Source: an uncultured Acidobacteriota bacterium (lineage in GTDB: Bacteria; Acidobacteriota; Vicinamibacteria; Fen-336). Taken from it: a stretch of 64,000 nucleotides of DNA. Where the stretch lies: the NCBI GenBank assembly GCA_963720545.1, contig OY970399.1, positions 3,680,001 through 3,744,000 of the forward strand, in the 5' to 3' direction. A program made the position numbers and the translations under genes. Positions 8,318 to 20,168 of this stretch are shown here, in pieces. The notes below the pieces were generated by a model. The model had not been told where the DNA came from, made no database searches, and was given only the letters and a program-made list of their open reading frames with translations. Within the stretch, counting starts at the first letter, position 1; every line of letters begins with the position of its first letter.

Positions 8318-10375
8318 TTGCCCCGACCGCCGGCCAACACTCCCAGCCGATCCTTCCGATTGTCCGCGGGCCCCCGGCCGGAGGCGCCGGGCGGCGGACC
8401 GCTGCGCTCGCGGCTGCGCGACTTTTTCCTGCGCCGCTGGGCCGGCCGGCTGCTGCTGCTCGCGGTGCCGCTGCTCGTCCTCGAAGCGCTCGGCGTGCGG
8501 GCGTTCGACGGGTTCCACCGCCTGCTGCTCCTCACGCTCGCGGTCGCCTTCGGCTGCTGGTTCGTGCTGCGCCTGTTCGCGGGGCGGCTTTTCTACAAGA
8601 TCCGCACCAAGCTCATCGTTTCCTATCTCTTCATCGCGCTGGTGCCGATTTTCCTGCTGACCATCTTCTTCGTGCTGCAGGCGGTGATCGTTCTCTATGC
8701 CGTCGGCACGCACGTGGTCAGCGCCGAGCTGGAGACGGCGGGCGCCAAGCTGCAGTCGTTCGCCGACACGGCGCTGGTGGTGGAGCGCACCCGCGGCCTG
8801 TCGAAGGCGGAGCTCGAGGACGCGATCGCACCGTCGCGAGCCGTGCATCCGGACATCGCGTACGCCGCGGTCAGCGGCCGGCGCGTGGTGGCGTCGTCGG
8901 GGACGGCGCCGACCGAATTGCCCGCATGGTGGACCGAGAAGCGGCGCGTGAGCCTCGTCGCCGAGGAAGTGGAGGGCGTCACGCGCCTGGTGCTGCGCGC
9001 GGCGGCGCGCGAGGGCGACGCCTTCGTCGTCATCGACGCGCCGGTGGACGCCACTCTGTTCGCGGCACTGCCCGCGCGCGGCCTCACGTTTCAGCAGGTT
9101 GCGGGGCGGATGCCGCGCGACGGCGACAGCCGCGACGACCACGACATCGCCGTGCAGGTGGATGACGACGATCGCGAAGGCGGCGACACCCGGCCGCGGC
9201 TGACCTATCGCGCGCAGGGCGCGCTCGGCGGCATCCCGCTCGGCGTCCTGCCCGACGGCACCGAATGGCAGACCGGCCGCACCGCGTACCAGGCCATCGT
9301 GTTCTGGATGGACCCGCGCGCGTTGATGAGCTATCTCTCGACCAAGAGCTTCCGCACGCCCGACATCGTCCGCTACGTGCTGATCGCCGTCGGCGTGTTC
9401 TTCCTCGCGATGTACGGCGTCGCGCTGCTGCTCGGCTGGTTGCTCGCGCGCTCGATCACCAAGAACGTCTATTCGCTCTCGCAGGGCACCGAACGGCTGC
9501 GCGCCGGCGACTTCACCACGCCGATCCGGGTCACGAGCCACGACCAGCTCGGCGACCTGGCCGAGTCGTTCAACCTGATGGCCGCGGGCATCGAGGACCT
9601 GCTGCGCCAGCAGGCCGAGAAGGAGCGCCTCGAGGAGGAGCTGCGCATCGCGCGCCGCATCCAGATGAGCCTGCTGCCGGCCGCCGGCTTCCTGCAGCTC
9701 GCCGGCGTGCGCATCGCCGCGCTCTGCCTGCCCGCGACCGAAGTGGGCGGCGACTACTACGACCTGCTGCACCTCGGCGGCGACCGGATGGGCGTGCTGG
9801 TCGCCGACGTTTCGGGCAAGGGCACTTCGGCGGCGCTCTACATGGCGGAGCTGAAAGGGCTGGTGCTGTCGCTGTCGCGTATCTACGAATCGCCGGCGCG
9901 GCTGCTGTCGGAAGCGAACCGCATCCTCGCCACCACCCTCGACTCGCGCTCGTTCGTCACCATGACGTACGCGGTGGTGGACGTGCCGGCTGGGCTCATG
10001 CGCTATGCGCGCGCCGGGCACAACCCGATCCTGCACTACGAGCGGGCCACCGGCGCCACCCACGTGCTGATGTCGAACGGCCTCGGCCTCGGCCTCGACA
10101 GCGGCGAGCGCTTCGACGCGATCATCGAGGAGCGTTCCGTGCCGCTGGTGCAGGGCGACGTCTTCCTGCTGTTCACCGACGGCCTCTCCGAGGCGATGAA
10201 CGAAAGCTCCGAGCTGTACGGCGAGCAGCGGCTGCGCGACGTGCTCGAGTCGCAGCGCGCGCACGGGCTCGACGAGGACGCCCTGAAGGACCGCATCCTC
10301 GAAGACATCCGCGCCTTCGTCGGCGACGCCGCGCAGCACGACGACATGACCATGGTCGTATTGAAGGTGGCGTGA
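8318..10375 (+). CDS. Membrane HAMP + PP2C/SpoIIE (RsbU-like) phosphatase
   Basis: Several TM helices; HAMP (DQLGDLAESFNLM); VGGDYYD, ADVSGKG, AGHNP, FTDGLSE, DDMT. Confidence 0.92.
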   Translation: MPRPPANTPSRSFRLSAGPRPEAPGGGPLRSRLRDFFLRRWAGRLLLLAVPLLVLEALGVRAFDGFHRLLLLTLAVAFGCWFVLRLFAGRLFYKIRTKLIVSYLFIALVPIFLLTIFFVLQAVIVLYAVGTHVVSAELETAGAKLQSFADTALVVERTRGLSKAELEDAIAPSRAVHPDIAYAAVSGRRVVASSGTAPTELPAWWTEKRRVSLVAEEVEGVTRLVLRAAAREGDAFVVIDAPVDATLFAALPARGLTFQQVAGRMPRDGDSRDDHDIAVQVDDDDREGGDTRPRLTYRAQGALGGIPLGVLPDGTEWQTGRTAYQAIVFWMDPRALMSYLSTKSFRTPDIVRYVLIAVGVFFLAMYGVALLLGWLLARSITKNVYSLSQGTERLRAGDFTTPIRVTSHDQLGDLAESFNLMAAGIEDLLRQQAEKERLEEELRIARRIQMSLLPAAGFLQLAGVRIAALCLPATEVGGDYYDLLHLGGDRMGVLVADVSGKGTSAALYMAELKGLVLSLSRIYESPARLLSEANRILATTLDSRSFVTMTYAVVDVPAGLMRYARAGHNPILHYERATGATHVLMSNGLGLGLDSGERFDAIIEERSVPLVQGDVFLLFTDGLSEAMNESSELYGEQRLRDVLESQRAHGLDEDALKDRILEDIRAFVGDAAQHDDMTMVVLKVA

Positions 10376-10379
10376 AGTC

Positions 10380-11969
10380 ATGGCCGACCTGGTGCTTGTG
10401 GGCGGACGCGTGTGGGCGGGCAAGGGCCTGCCGGCGGCAACCGCGGTCGCGCTGCGCGGCGAACGCGTGCTGGCGGTGGGCAGCGATGCCCAAGTGCGCG
10501 CACTGGCCGGCACCGGGACGCGCGTCGTCGAACTGAAGGGCCGCGCCGTGGTGCCGGGATTCAACGACGCCCACGTCCATTTCCTCGACGGCTCGTTCGG
10601 ACTGCTGTCCGTCGACCTGCGCGACGCGCAGGACGAGCAGGAATTCGCGAAGCGCATCGGCGACTACGCCGCCACCATCCCGGCGGGCGAGTGGATCCTG
10701 CAGGGCAACTGGGACCACGAGAGCTGGCCGTCGCAGGAGCTGCCGACCCGGCAGATGATCGACGCGGTCACCGCGAAGAACCCGGTGTCGGTCACGCGCC
10801 TCGACGGCCACCAGGTGCTCGTCAATTCGCTCGCCCTGAAGCTCGCGGGCATCACCCGCGACACTGCCGATCCGGACGGTGGCACCATCGTGCGCGATGC
10901 CGCAGGCGAACCGACCGGCGTCCTCAAGGACAACGCGCAGGATCTCGTGAGCCGCGCGATCCCGGAGCCGACGCGCGCGCAGAACCTGCGCGCGGCGCGC
11001 GCGGGCCTGGCCGAGGCGGCGCGCCGCGGCGTCACCACCATCCAGGACAACTCCTCGATCGACGCGCTGCCCACTTACCTCGAAATGCAGAAGCGCGGCG
11101 AGCTGACCGCGCGCTTCTCCGTGTGGCGCTACGCCTCCACTTCGCTGGCACCGCTGCTCGCGGCCGGCGTGCGCACCGGCCTCGGCGACGACTGGGTGCG
11201 TCTCGGCGCGCTCAAGATCCTCTGCGACGGCTCGATGGGCGCTGGTACGGCCGCGTTCTTCAAGCCCTATGCCGACGATCCCGCGACCAGCGGCCTGCTG
11301 CTGTTTCCCGTGGCGGAGCTGGAGCGCATGATCGTGGAGGCGGATGCCGCGGGCTTCCAGCTCGCGGTGCACGCGATCGGCGATCGCGCCAACAGCCTGG
11401 TGCTCGACGCATTCCAGAAGGCGGTCGAGCGCAACGGCGCGCGCGAGCGGCGCTTGCGCATCGAACACTCGCAGGTGGTGGCCGCGGCCGACGTCGCTCG
11501 CTACAAGCAGCTCGGGGTGATCGCCTCGATCCAGCCGTCGCACTGCATCGACGACATGCGCTGGGCCGAGCGCCGCATCGGCGAGGCCCGTTCGCACGAT
11601 GCGTACAAGATCGGCGCGTTCGCGAAAGCGGGCGTGCCGATGGCCTTCGGCACCGACTGGTTCGTCGAACCGCTCGACCCGCGTCTCGGCCTGTACGCCG
11701 CAGTGACCCGCGAGTTCGTCGGCGGCGGGCCCGCGGGCGGCTGGCATCCGGACGAAAAAATCAGCCTCGAGGACGCGCTCGACGCCTACACGCGCGGTTC
11801 GGCGTTCGCCGAGTTTGCTGAAGACAGCAAGGGCACGCTTGCGGCGGGCATGCTCGCCGACCTGGTGGTGTTCGGCGCCGATATCTTCGCGCAGCCGCCG
11901 CGCCAGCTTCTCGATACCCCGGTCGACCTGACGATCGTCGGAGGCCGGGTCGTCTACGAACGCAAATGA
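10380..11969 (+). CDS. Amidohydrolase_3 family (YtcJ-like) metallo-hydrolase
   Basis: PGFNDAHVH, HAIGDRAN, RIEHSQ, FGTDW, GTLAAGMLADLVV. Confidence 0.9.
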   Translation: MADLVLVGGRVWAGKGLPAATAVALRGERVLAVGSDAQVRALAGTGTRVVELKGRAVVPGFNDAHVHFLDGSFGLLSVDLRDAQDEQEFAKRIGDYAATIPAGEWILQGNWDHESWPSQELPTRQMIDAVTAKNPVSVTRLDGHQVLVNSLALKLAGITRDTADPDGGTIVRDAAGEPTGVLKDNAQDLVSRAIPEPTRAQNLRAARAGLAEAARRGVTTIQDNSSIDALPTYLEMQKRGELTARFSVWRYASTSLAPLLAAGVRTGLGDDWVRLGALKILCDGSMGAGTAAFFKPYADDPATSGLLLFPVAELERMIVEADAAGFQLAVHAIGDRANSLVLDAFQKAVERNGARERRLRIEHSQVVAAADVARYKQLGVIASIQPSHCIDDMRWAERRIGEARSHDAYKIGAFAKAGVPMAFGTDWFVEPLDPRLGLYAAVTREFVGGGPAGGWHPDEKISLEDALDAYTRGSAFAEFAEDSKGTLAAGMLADLVVFGADIFAQPPRQLLDTPVDLTIVGGRVVYERK

Positions 11970-12679
11970 AGCCTGCGCCGCAGCCCTGGGGCGACCTCGA
12001 GCAGGCCCTCGGCCACAGCTTTCGCGACCGCGCGCTGCTGGAGCGGGCACTCACGCATTCGAGCTACGCCAACGAGCGCAAGGACCCGCGCATCCGTGAC
12101 AACGAGGCGTTCGAGTTCCTGGGCGACGCGATCCTCGGCTTTCTCGTTGCCGAGATGCTGCACCGCGCCGACCCCGACGGCAGCGAGGGCGGCAAGAGCC
12201 GCCGACGGGCGGCGTTGGTGCGTGCTACGAGCCTCGCGCAGCGCGCAGAGGCTCTCGGCCTGCCGGCCTTCCTGCGCCTCGACCGCAACGAGGAGCGCAC
12301 CGGCGGCCGGCGCAAGCAGGCCCTCTGGTCGGACGCGTTCGAGGCCGTGCTCGCCGCGATCCACCTCGACGCCGGCATCGACGCCGCGCGTGCCTTCGTA
12401 GAGCGACAGTTCGGCGTGGCGCAACTCGCGGGCAGCGCCCTGGAGCTGGCGCGCGACTTCAAGACCGAACTGCAGGAGCTGCTGCAGGGCCGCGGCCAAC
12501 CCGCGCCCGTGTATCGGGTGCTCAGCGAGGAAGGCCCGCCGCACGCGCGCACCTTCGAGGTGGCGTGCGTCATCGACGGCAAGACCGCGGCGAAAGGCGA
12601 GGGCCGCACCAAGAAGCAGGCGCAGCAGGCCGCCGCGCAGAAAGCGCTCGCGGCCTACGCCACTCGCGCTACTCGATGA
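11966..12679 (+). CDS. rnc: Ribonuclease III
   Basis: [23 protein letters not shown]; dsRBD ([26 protein letters not shown]). Confidence 0.95.
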   Translation: MKPAPQPWGDLEQALGHSFRDRALLERALTHSSYANERKDPRIRDNEAFEFLGDAILGFLVAEMLHRADPDGSEGGKSRRRAALVRATSLAQRAEALGLPAFLRLDRNEERTGGRRKQALWSDAFEAVLAAIHLDAGIDAARAFVERQFGVAQLAGSALELARDFKTELQELLQGRGQPAPVYRVLSEEGPPHARTFEVACVIDGKTAAKGEGRTKKQAQQAAAQKALAAYATRATR

Positions 12680-13739
12680 CGCCGCCGCCAAGGCACATGT
12701 CGTCGTCGTAAAAAACCGCCGACTGGCCGGGCGTGACCGCGCGCTGCGGCGCGTCGAACGCAACCGCGGCGCGGCCGCCGGCAACGGGCGTGATGGTGGC
12801 GGCGGCCGGTTCGTGGCGATGGCGGATGCGCACCTGGGCGCGCAGGGGCGCCTGCGGCTCCGCGATCGAGAGCCAGTTGACCGATGCCGCACGCAGCGTG
12901 GATGTGCGCAGCTCCTCGTCGTCGCCGACCACCACCGTGGCGGTCTTCGGTTCGATCCGCAGGACGTAGTGGCGCCGGCCGTCGGCGACGCCCAGGCCGC
13001 GCCGCTGGCCGACGGTGAAGTGGTGGATGCCGTCGTGGCTGCCGACGGTCGCGCCGGAGGTCGTCACGATCGCGCCGGGCATCAGCGCCGCGTCGCCCTT
13101 GTGCCTCTCGACGAAACGCGCGTAGTCGCCGTCGGGGACGAAGCAGATCTCCTGGCTCTCCGCCTTCTGCGCGGTCGGCAGGCTTTGCTCCGCGGCGATG
13201 CGCCGCACCTCCGCCTTGGTGAGTTCCCCCACGGGGAAGAGCGCTGAGCGAAGCTGCTCCTGGGTGAGCCCCCAGAGGAAATACGACTGGTCCTTCTCGG
13301 GATCGCGCCCCTTGAAGAGGCGCTGGCGGCCGCTCGCCGGGTCTTCGTCCTTGCGCGCGTAGTGGCCGGTCGCCACGTGCGCGATGCCGAGGTCGCGCGT
13401 CTTCTGCAGCAGGCTGTCGAACTTCACGTCGGTGTTGCAGCGCGAGCAGGGAATCGGCGTCCTGCCTTCGAGGTAGTCCTGGACGAACGGCGCGATCACG
13501 CCGGCCTGGAAAGAGCGCTCGAGGTTCAGCACATAGTGGGGGATGCCGAGCCTCTGCGCCACTGCCTTCGCGTCGTGCAGGTCCTCGAGCGCGCAGCAGC
13601 GGCCGAAGGACGATCCGGAGCCGTGCGTCTGGTCGTGCAACTGCATCGAAATGCCCACCACGTCGTGGCCGGCGTGCTGCATCAGGGCCGCCGCCACGGA
13701 CGAGTCGACGCCGCCCGACATCGCGACCACGACGCGCAT
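12669..13739 (-). CDS. mnmA: tRNA 2-thiouridylase MnmA
   Basis: [55 protein letters not shown]. Confidence 0.96.
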   Translation of the reverse strand: MRVVVAMSGGVDSSVAAALMQHAGHDVVGISMQLHDQTHGSGSSFGRCCALEDLHDAKAVAQRLGIPHYVLNLERSFQAGVIAPFVQDYLEGRTPIPCSRCNTDVKFDSLLQKTRDLGIAHVATGHYARKDEDPASGRQRLFKGRDPEKDQSYFLWGLTQEQLRSALFPVGELTKAEVRRIAAEQSLPTAQKAESQEICFVPDGDYARFVERHKGDAALMPGAIVTTSGATVGSHDGIHHFTVGQRRGLGVADGRRHYVLRIEPKTATVVVGDDEELRTSTLRAASVNWLSIAEPQAPLRAQVRIRHRHEPAAATITPVAGGRAAVAFDAPQRAVTPGQSAVFYDDDMCLGGGVIE

Positions 13740-15178
13740 CAGGCCGCGCCCCTTGCGAGCGCGTGCTCGCGGACCAGGTCGAAGGCGCGGCGCACGTGGC
13801 GCTCCTCGGTGCGAATGTTGCCGATGGCGAGCCGCAGGGTCGAGCGGCCATGCAGCTTCGTGTGCGAGAGGTACGCCTCGCCGGAAGCGTTGACCGCATC
13901 CATCACCGCCTCGAGGCGTGCGTCCGCATCGGCGTCCGGCACGCCGGGGAAGCGGATGCGGAAGCAGACGTTCGAGAACTGCGCCGGAGCGTTCACCGCG
14001 AAGAGGGGATCGGCCTCGAGCCAGCCGCGCAACAGCGCAGCGAGGCGGATGTGCTCGCGGATGCGCGCCGCGATGCCGTCGCTGCCGAAGGCGCGCAGCA
14101 CGAACCAGAGCTTCAGCGCGCGGAAGCGGCGTCCGAGGCTGACGCCGTAGTCCATGAGGTTGGGCGCCGCGTCCTCTTCCGCGGTCCGCAGGTACTCGGG
14201 CACCAGGCTGAAGGCGTCGCGCACCACCTCGGGCCGGCGGGTGTAGAGCACCGACAGGTCCATGGTCACGAACATCCACTTGTGCGGGTTGACGACGATG
14301 GAATCGGCGCGCTCCCAGCCGGCGAACAGGTGCCGCATCTCGGGCAGCACGGCCGCCGAGCCGCCGTACGCCGCGTCCACGTGCAACCAGAGCCGCTCGC
14401 GGTCGCAGATGTCGGCGATGGCGGCGACCGGGTCGACGCTGGTCGTGGAGGTCGTGCCCACCGTGGCGACCACCGCGAACGGCGTCACGCCGGCGGCACG
14501 GTCTTCCGCGATCGCGGCCGCAAGGGCTTCGGGCCGCATCGCGAACTGCTCATCGGTTTCGATCGCGCGGCATCCGTCCTGGCCGATGCCGAGCACGATG
14601 CCGGCCTTCTCGATCGACGAGTGCGCCTGCTCAGAGGCGTAGAGGCGCAACCGCGCCTGGCCGACCAGGCCGCGCTTGCGCGCCTCGAGGCCGGGCACCG
14701 CTTCACGAGCCGCCGCTATCGCGACCAGCGTCGAAGCCGAGGCTGTGTCCTGGATGACGCCGAAGAGGCCTTCGGGCAGACCCAGCATTTCCCGCAGCCA
14801 GCCGAGCACCACCAGCTCGAGCTCGGTCGCGGCGGGCGAGGTCTTCCACAGCATGCCGTTCGGGTTGAGCGCGGCGGTGAGCAGCTCGCCGAGGATCGCC
14901 GGCGCCGGCGACGAGTTTGCGAAATAGGCGAAAAAGCCCGGATGGTTCCAGTGGGTGATGCCTGGGACGATGATGTTCTCGAAATCGTCGAGCAGCGCGG
15001 CCAGCGGCTCGCCTTCGGCAGGCGCATGTCGCGGCAATGCCCGCGCGACGTCACCCGGCCGGGCGCGCGAGAGCACCGCGAAGCGCTCGGGTTCGCGCAG
15101 GAAATCGGCGGTCCAGGCGAGGGCACGGCGCGCGGCGCCCTCGAACTCGTCGATCGCGACGTCGCCTGTGCCGGCCAT
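13739..15178 (-). CDS. Group II PLP-dependent (aromatic-L-amino-acid-type) decarboxylase
   Basis: [57 protein letters not shown]. Confidence 0.92.
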   Translation of the reverse strand: MAGTGDVAIDEFEGAARRALAWTADFLREPERFAVLSRARPGDVARALPRHAPAEGEPLAALLDDFENIIVPGITHWNHPGFFAYFANSSPAPAILGELLTAALNPNGMLWKTSPAATELELVVLGWLREMLGLPEGLFGVIQDTASASTLVAIAAAREAVPGLEARKRGLVGQARLRLYASEQAHSSIEKAGIVLGIGQDGCRAIETDEQFAMRPEALAAAIAEDRAAGVTPFAVVATVGTTSTTSVDPVAAIADICDRERLWLHVDAAYGGSAAVLPEMRHLFAGWERADSIVVNPHKWMFVTMDLSVLYTRRPEVVRDAFSLVPEYLRTAEEDAAPNLMDYGVSLGRRFRALKLWFVLRAFGSDGIAARIREHIRLAALLRGWLEADPLFAVNAPAQFSNVCFRIRFPGVPDADADARLEAVMDAVNASGEAYLSHTKLHGRSTLRLAIGNIRTEERHVRRAFDLVREHALARGAA

Positions 15179-15282
15179 GCCGCATTCTCTCATTCCCCGC
15201 GCCACTGGCCGCTATTGTGGCGTTCCGCCGCGCTTTGGAGTGCAGTATGCTGGAGTGATAAATCTTCTTTGGAGGAAGATCG

Positions 15283-15618
15283 ATGTTTGAAGACGAGTTC
15301 CTCGCCATGCCCAGCACGGACGATGACGACGACGAGTGGACGGACGAGGACGAGGTCAGCGACGAACTGGCCGACGATACCGACGAACTGGCCGAAGACC
15401 TTGACGACGACGATGACGACGACGAGGACTCCGAAGACGACGACGAATTCGACGACGACGACGACCTCGACGAAGACGAGGATGACGACGACGACGAGGA
15501 CGATGATGACGACGATGACGACGATGACGATGAGGAAGACGCCGCCTGGGACGAGATCGAGGGCGACGAGGACGACGACGACGAGGAGACCGACGAGGAC
15601 GAGGAGGAAGAAGAGTAG
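15283..15618 (+). CDS. Hyper-acidic low-complexity protein (111 aa)
   Basis: GGAGG RBS before ATG; GAC/GAG/GAT/GAA codon mosaic; stop 5 nt before the lipA start. Confidence 0.72.
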   Translation: MFEDEFLAMPSTDDDDDEWTDEDEVSDELADDTDELAEDLDDDDDDDEDSEDDDEFDDDDDLDEDEDDDDDEDDDDDDDDDDDEEDAAWDEIEGDEDDDDEETDEDEEEEE

Positions 15619-15623
15619 CCGCC

Positions 15624-16514
15624 TTGGCCTCTGACCCCGTGCCGCTCATCCGCCCCGCCTGGATCAAGGCGCGGGCGCCGATGGGCGAGAAATACGACCG
15701 CCTCACCAGCTTGATGCGCGGCCTCGACCTGCACACCGTGTGCGAGGAGGCACGCTGCCCGAACATCGGCGACTGCTGGAACCGTGGCACCGCCACCTTC
15801 ATGATCCTGGGCGACACCTGCACCCGTGCCTGCGGCTTCTGCGCGGTCAAGACCGGCATCGGCGGGCCCATCGACCCGTTCGAGGCGACCCGCGTCGCGG
15901 CGGCCGTCGCGGCCATGGGGCTGCGCCATGCGGTCATCACCTCGGTGAACCGCGACGACCAGAAGGACGGCGGCGCGCCGGTGTTCGCGGCGTGCATCGC
16001 GCAGATCCGCGAGCGCATCCCCGGCTGCACGGTCGAGGTGCTGATCCCGGACTTCAAGGGCGACGCCCGGGTTCTGGGCATCGTCCTCGACGCCCGCCCC
16101 GACATCCTCAACCACAACACCGAAACGGTGCCGCGCCTCTACCGCACGGTGCGCCCGGGGGCCCGCTTCAGCCGCTCCCTCGAACTGCTGCGCCGCGCGA
16201 AGGACGCCGGGCTCGTCACCAAGAGCGGCATCATGCTCGGCCTCGGCGAGGAGATCGAAGAAGTGCGCGAGTGCATCGCCGCGATCCGCTCGGCCGGCAC
16301 CGACATCCTCACCGTGGGGCAGTACCTGCGGCCGTCGCTCAAGCACCTGCCGCTGGTGCGCTACTACACGCCCGCGGAATTCGCCGAGATCGGCGCCTTC
16401 GCGAAGACGCTCGGCTTCAGCCACGTCGAGTCGGGACCGCTGGTGCGCTCCTCGTACCACGCCGAGGAGCAGGTGGCCGCGGCGTCTCAGCCCCTGCGCG
16501 CCACGCTCGCCTGA
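15624..16514 (+). CDS. lipA: Lipoyl synthase
   Basis: [12 protein letters not shown] and CTRACGFC clusters; [17 protein letters not shown]. Confidence 0.96.
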   Translation: MASDPVPLIRPAWIKARAPMGEKYDRLTSLMRGLDLHTVCEEARCPNIGDCWNRGTATFMILGDTCTRACGFCAVKTGIGGPIDPFEATRVAAAVAAMGLRHAVITSVNRDDQKDGGAPVFAACIAQIRERIPGCTVEVLIPDFKGDARVLGIVLDARPDILNHNTETVPRLYRTVRPGARFSRSLELLRRAKDAGLVTKSGIMLGLGEEIEEVRECIAAIRSAGTDILTVGQYLRPSLKHLPLVRYYTPAEFAEIGAFAKTLGFSHVESGPLVRSSYHAEEQVAAASQPLRATLA

Positions 16515-17647
16515 AGGCTGAGCGCGGCGTTGACCGCCGCCACCGCGTCGTCGATGTCCGCGGCAGTGGTGCCGCGTCCCAGCGAGAAGCGCACCGAGCC
16601 CTGCATGCGCGCCTGCGACAAGCCCATGGCGCGCAGCACGTGCGAGGGTTCGATTGCGCCCGCGGCGCAGGCGGCGCCGGTCGAAACCGCGACGCCGGCG
16701 AGGTCCAGAGCGAGCAGCAGGCTTTCCGCGTCTTTGCCCTGGAAAGAAATGTTGCTGGTGTTGGGCACGCGCGCGCTGCCGCCATTGCGCACTGCTCCCG
16801 GCAGCGCGAGCAACTGGCTCTCGAGGACGTCGCGCAGCGCGGCCAGGCGCCTCGCGTCTTCGTCGAGCGCTTGCGCCGCGATTTGCGCGGCCCGGCCCAT
16901 GCCGACCATCGAGGCGACGTTCTCGGTGCCGGCGCGCCGATTGCGTTCCTGGGAGCCGCCGCGCAGCAGGGCGGTCATTGCGACGCCGCGGCGCACATAG
17001 AGGATGCCGACCCCCTTCGGGCCGTAGAACTTGTGCGCGGAGAGTGCCAGCGTGTCGACGTCGAGGGCTGCCACGTCCACCCTGATCTTGCCGGCCGCCT
17101 GCACCGCATCGCAGTGCACCGCGGCGCCGGCCGCGCGCGCCAGCCGAACGATCTCGGCGACCGGCTGCACCACACCGGTCTCGTTGTTCGCCAGCATCAC
17201 GGCAACGAGCGCGGTCTGGTCGTCGATCTTGCCGCGCGCGTCGTCGAGGTCGATGACACCGTCGCCGGTGCTGCGGATGGCAGCCACCTCGAAGCCTTCT
17301 TCAGCCATCGCCTTCGCCGTGTTGAGGACCGCGTGATGCTCGAGCGTCGTGATGACGACCTTGCGCCGCGGCCCGGTGCGGGCACCGGCCGCGGCGGTCG
17401 CCAGCCCGCGCAGCGCCATGTTGTCCGCCTCGGTGCCGCTGCCCGTGAAGACCACCTCCGAATTGGCGGCGCCGATGAGCGCCGCGACGCCGCTGCGCGC
17501 CTCTTCCACGGCGGCGCGCGCGCCCTGTCCGAACCAGTGCAGGCTCGACGGGTTGCCGAAGCCGTCCTGCAGCGGCCCAAGCATCGCCGCCACCACCGAT
17601 GGATCGACTGGAGTCGTCGCGTTGTGGTCGAGGTAGATCCGCCGCAT
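16487..17647 (-). CDS. Cysteine desulfurase (IscS/NifS family)
   Basis: [36 protein letters not shown]. Confidence 0.93.
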   Translation of the reverse strand: MRRIYLDHNATTPVDPSVVAAMLGPLQDGFGNPSSLHWFGQGARAAVEEARSGVAALIGAANSEVVFTGSGTEADNMALRGLATAAAGARTGPRRKVVITTLEHHAVLNTAKAMAEEGFEVAAIRSTGDGVIDLDDARGKIDDQTALVAVMLANNETGVVQPVAEIVRLARAAGAAVHCDAVQAAGKIRVDVAALDVDTLALSAHKFYGPKGVGILYVRRGVAMTALLRGGSQERNRRAGTENVASMVGMGRAAQIAAQALDEDARRLAALRDVLESQLLALPGAVRNGGSARVPNTSNISFQGKDAESLLLALDLAGVAVSTGAACAAGAIEPSHVLRAMGLSQARMQGSVRFSLGRGTTAADIDDAVAAVNAALSLQASVARRG

Positions 17648-17738
17648 GCCACGATTGTACGGCGGCGACGGCGCTAAACCACTGAATCCCGCGTGGTAAG
17701 ATCCTGCCCGCTGCGAATGGAACGAAGCGAGAAACTCC

Positions 17739-18920
17739 TTGGTTGAGGCCGTCATCGCCGGGGCCGTGCGAACGCCAATCGGCCGGTTCGGAGGCGGCCT
17801 CGCCAGCCTTTCGGCCGCCGATCTCGGCACCGCCGCAGCGGTCGAGTCGATGCGCCGGGCCGGCATCGCGCCCACCGACGTGGACGAGGCTGTTGTCGGC
17901 TGCGCGCGCCAGGCAGGGGGCGGGCCCAATGTCGGGCGCCAGGTCGCGTTTCGCGCCGGGCTGCCCGAAGACCGGCCGGCTTTCACCGTCAACATGGCTT
18001 GCGGCTCGGGCCTGAAGTCGATAGACCTTGCGTTTCGCAGCGTCCGCGACGGCGATTCCCAGGCGGTCCTGGTCGGCGGTACGGAGGCGATGAGCCGCGT
18101 GCCCTACCTGCTCACCGGCGCTCGTTGGGGCTATCGCATGGGTAACCAGTCGGCGGTTGACGCCATGTACCAGGACGGCTTCCTCTGTCCTCTCGCCGAG
18201 ATGATCATGGGCGAAACCGCCGAGCGGCTCGCCGAGCTGCACACAATCGGCCGTGAAGAGCAGGATGCGTTCGCGCTTTCCAGCCAGCGCAAGGCCGCTG
18301 CTGCGATCGCGGCCGGCCGCTTCGAAGCCGAGACCTTCGCGGTGAAGGTGCCGGGGAGGAAGGGCGAGGTTTCGTTCGAGGCCGATGAGCATCCGCGCGC
18401 CGACACCACGGCCGCCGCCCTCGCCAAACTGGCGCCGGTGTTCAAGGCCGAAGGCGGCACGGTCACGGCCGGCAACTCCGCGGGCATCACCGACGGCGCC
18501 GCGGCCATGGTGGTGCTTTCTGCCGCGCGCGCGAAAGAGCTGGGCATCAAGCCGATCGCGCGCATCCTCGGCATCGCCGCGTCCGGCGTCGATCCGAAGA
18601 TCATGGGCTTCGGCGTGGTACCGGCGGTGCGCAAGCTGCTGGCGAAGCTCGGCATGACGCTCGCGAACTTCGACCTGGTCGAGGTCAACGAGGCGTTCGC
18701 CGCGCAGGTGCTCGCCTGCGACCGCGACCTCGGCTTCGACGCGGAGCGCCTCAACGTCAACGGCGGCGCCATCGCCATCGGCCATCCGATCGGTTGCACC
18801 GGCGTGCGCATCAGCGTCACCTTGCTCCATGAGATGGCGCGCCGCCAGGCGCCGCTCGGACTCGCGACCCTGTGCATCAGCGGCGGCATGGGGCTCGCCG
18901 CCGCCTACGAACTGATTTAA
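17739..18920 (+). CDS. Acetyl-CoA C-acyltransferase (thiolase)
   Basis: NMACGSG, NEAFA, GGAIAIGHPIG, LCISGG. Confidence 0.94.
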   Translation: MVEAVIAGAVRTPIGRFGGGLASLSAADLGTAAAVESMRRAGIAPTDVDEAVVGCARQAGGGPNVGRQVAFRAGLPEDRPAFTVNMACGSGLKSIDLAFRSVRDGDSQAVLVGGTEAMSRVPYLLTGARWGYRMGNQSAVDAMYQDGFLCPLAEMIMGETAERLAELHTIGREEQDAFALSSQRKAAAAIAAGRFEAETFAVKVPGRKGEVSFEADEHPRADTTAAALAKLAPVFKAEGGTVTAGNSAGITDGAAAMVVLSAARAKELGIKPIARILGIAASGVDPKIMGFGVVPAVRKLLAKLGMTLANFDLVEVNEAFAAQVLACDRDLGFDAERLNVNGGAIAIGHPIGCTGVRISVTLLHEMARRQAPLGLATLCISGGMGLAAAYELI

Positions 18921-18938
18921 GGAAAGAAAACCATCGCC

Positions 18939-20145
18939 ATGATCGATTTCGAACTCTCCGAAGAGCACGTCGCCGTCGAGAACACGGTGCGCGAATGGGC
19001 GGCAAAAGAAGTCGCGCCGAAGATCCACGACCTCGACCGCGAGCACCGCTTCGAGAAGAAATTCCTGAAGGACATGGCGGCGATGCACCTGCTCGGCATC
19101 TGCATCCCGGAAGAGTACGGCGGCGCCGGCCTCGACTACCTGAGCCTCGGCATCGTCTCCGAAGAGCTCGAATATGCCGACACGCACCTGCGCGTCATCA
19201 TGTCGGTGCACGTGGGCCTCAACTGCATGACGCTCTGGTGCTGGGGCACCGAGGAGCAGAAGCAGAAGTACCTGGTGCCGCAGGCGAAGGGCGAGAAGAT
19301 CGCGACCTACGGCCTCACCGAGCCGAACGCGGGCTCGGATGCCGTCGGCATCCAGTCGACCGCGGTGAAGAAGGGCGACCGCTACATCCTGAACGGCGAG
19401 AAGATCTGGATCAGCCTGGCCGACGTCGCCGACAACTTCCTGGTGATCGCCTGGACCGACCAGGAGAAGAAGAAGAACCGCGACCACAGCGGCCTGTCGG
19501 CCTTCATCGTCGAGCGTGCCTTCAAGGGCTTCAGCTCCTACACGATGAAGGAGAAGTGGGGGATCCTTGCCGGCAACACCGGCGGGCTTCTCGATGCAGG
19601 ACGTGGAGGTGCCCGAGGCGAACCGCGTCGGCGCCGAGGGTGAAGGCTTCAAGGTGGCAATGTTCGCGCTCGAAAACGGCCGCTACACGGTGGCCGCCGG
19701 AGCCACCGGCCTGATCCGCGCCTGCCTCGACGCTTCGCTCAGCTACGCGAAGAGCCGCAAGACCTTCGGCGTGCCGATCGGCGACCACCAGCTGGTGAAG
19801 GAGATGATCGCGCAGATGGTCTCCGACTACGACGCCTCACGGCTCCTGTGGCAGCGCGCCGGCTGGCTCAAGAACATGGGCCGGCGCAACACCCGCGAGA
19901 CCTCTCTCGCCAAGTGGTTTTCCACCGTGGCCTCGGAGCGCGCCGCGTCCGACTGCGTGCAGATCCACGGCGGCAACGGCTACTCGGACGAGTATCCGGC
20001 CGGCCGCTTCTACCGCAACTGCAAGGCAGCGGTGATCTACGAAGGCACGCGCGAGATCCACAAGCTGATGCAGGCCGACTACGCCCTCGGCAATCGCCAG
20101 GACAAGCCGCGCCGCGTCGAGCTGCCGGCCTACAAGCGCAGCTAG
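18939..20145 (+). CDS. Acyl-CoA dehydrogenase (frameshift near 19585, probable error)
   Basis: [18 protein letters not shown]; continuation in the 19567 ORF ([21 protein letters not shown]). Confidence 0.9.
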
Positions 20146-20168
20146 CGCGAAACAGTCAGGGAGAGAAA

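Noticed and set aside
15318..15615. GAC/GAG repeats as a CRISPR array or non-coding microsatellite
   Set aside because: No repeat-spacer structure; variation is synonymous or Asp/Glu, as expected for coding sequence
15051..16460. Minus-strand ORF with a long poly-Ser tract
   Set aside because: Reverse complement of the Asp/Glu codons and of lipA; the RBS supports the plus-strand gene
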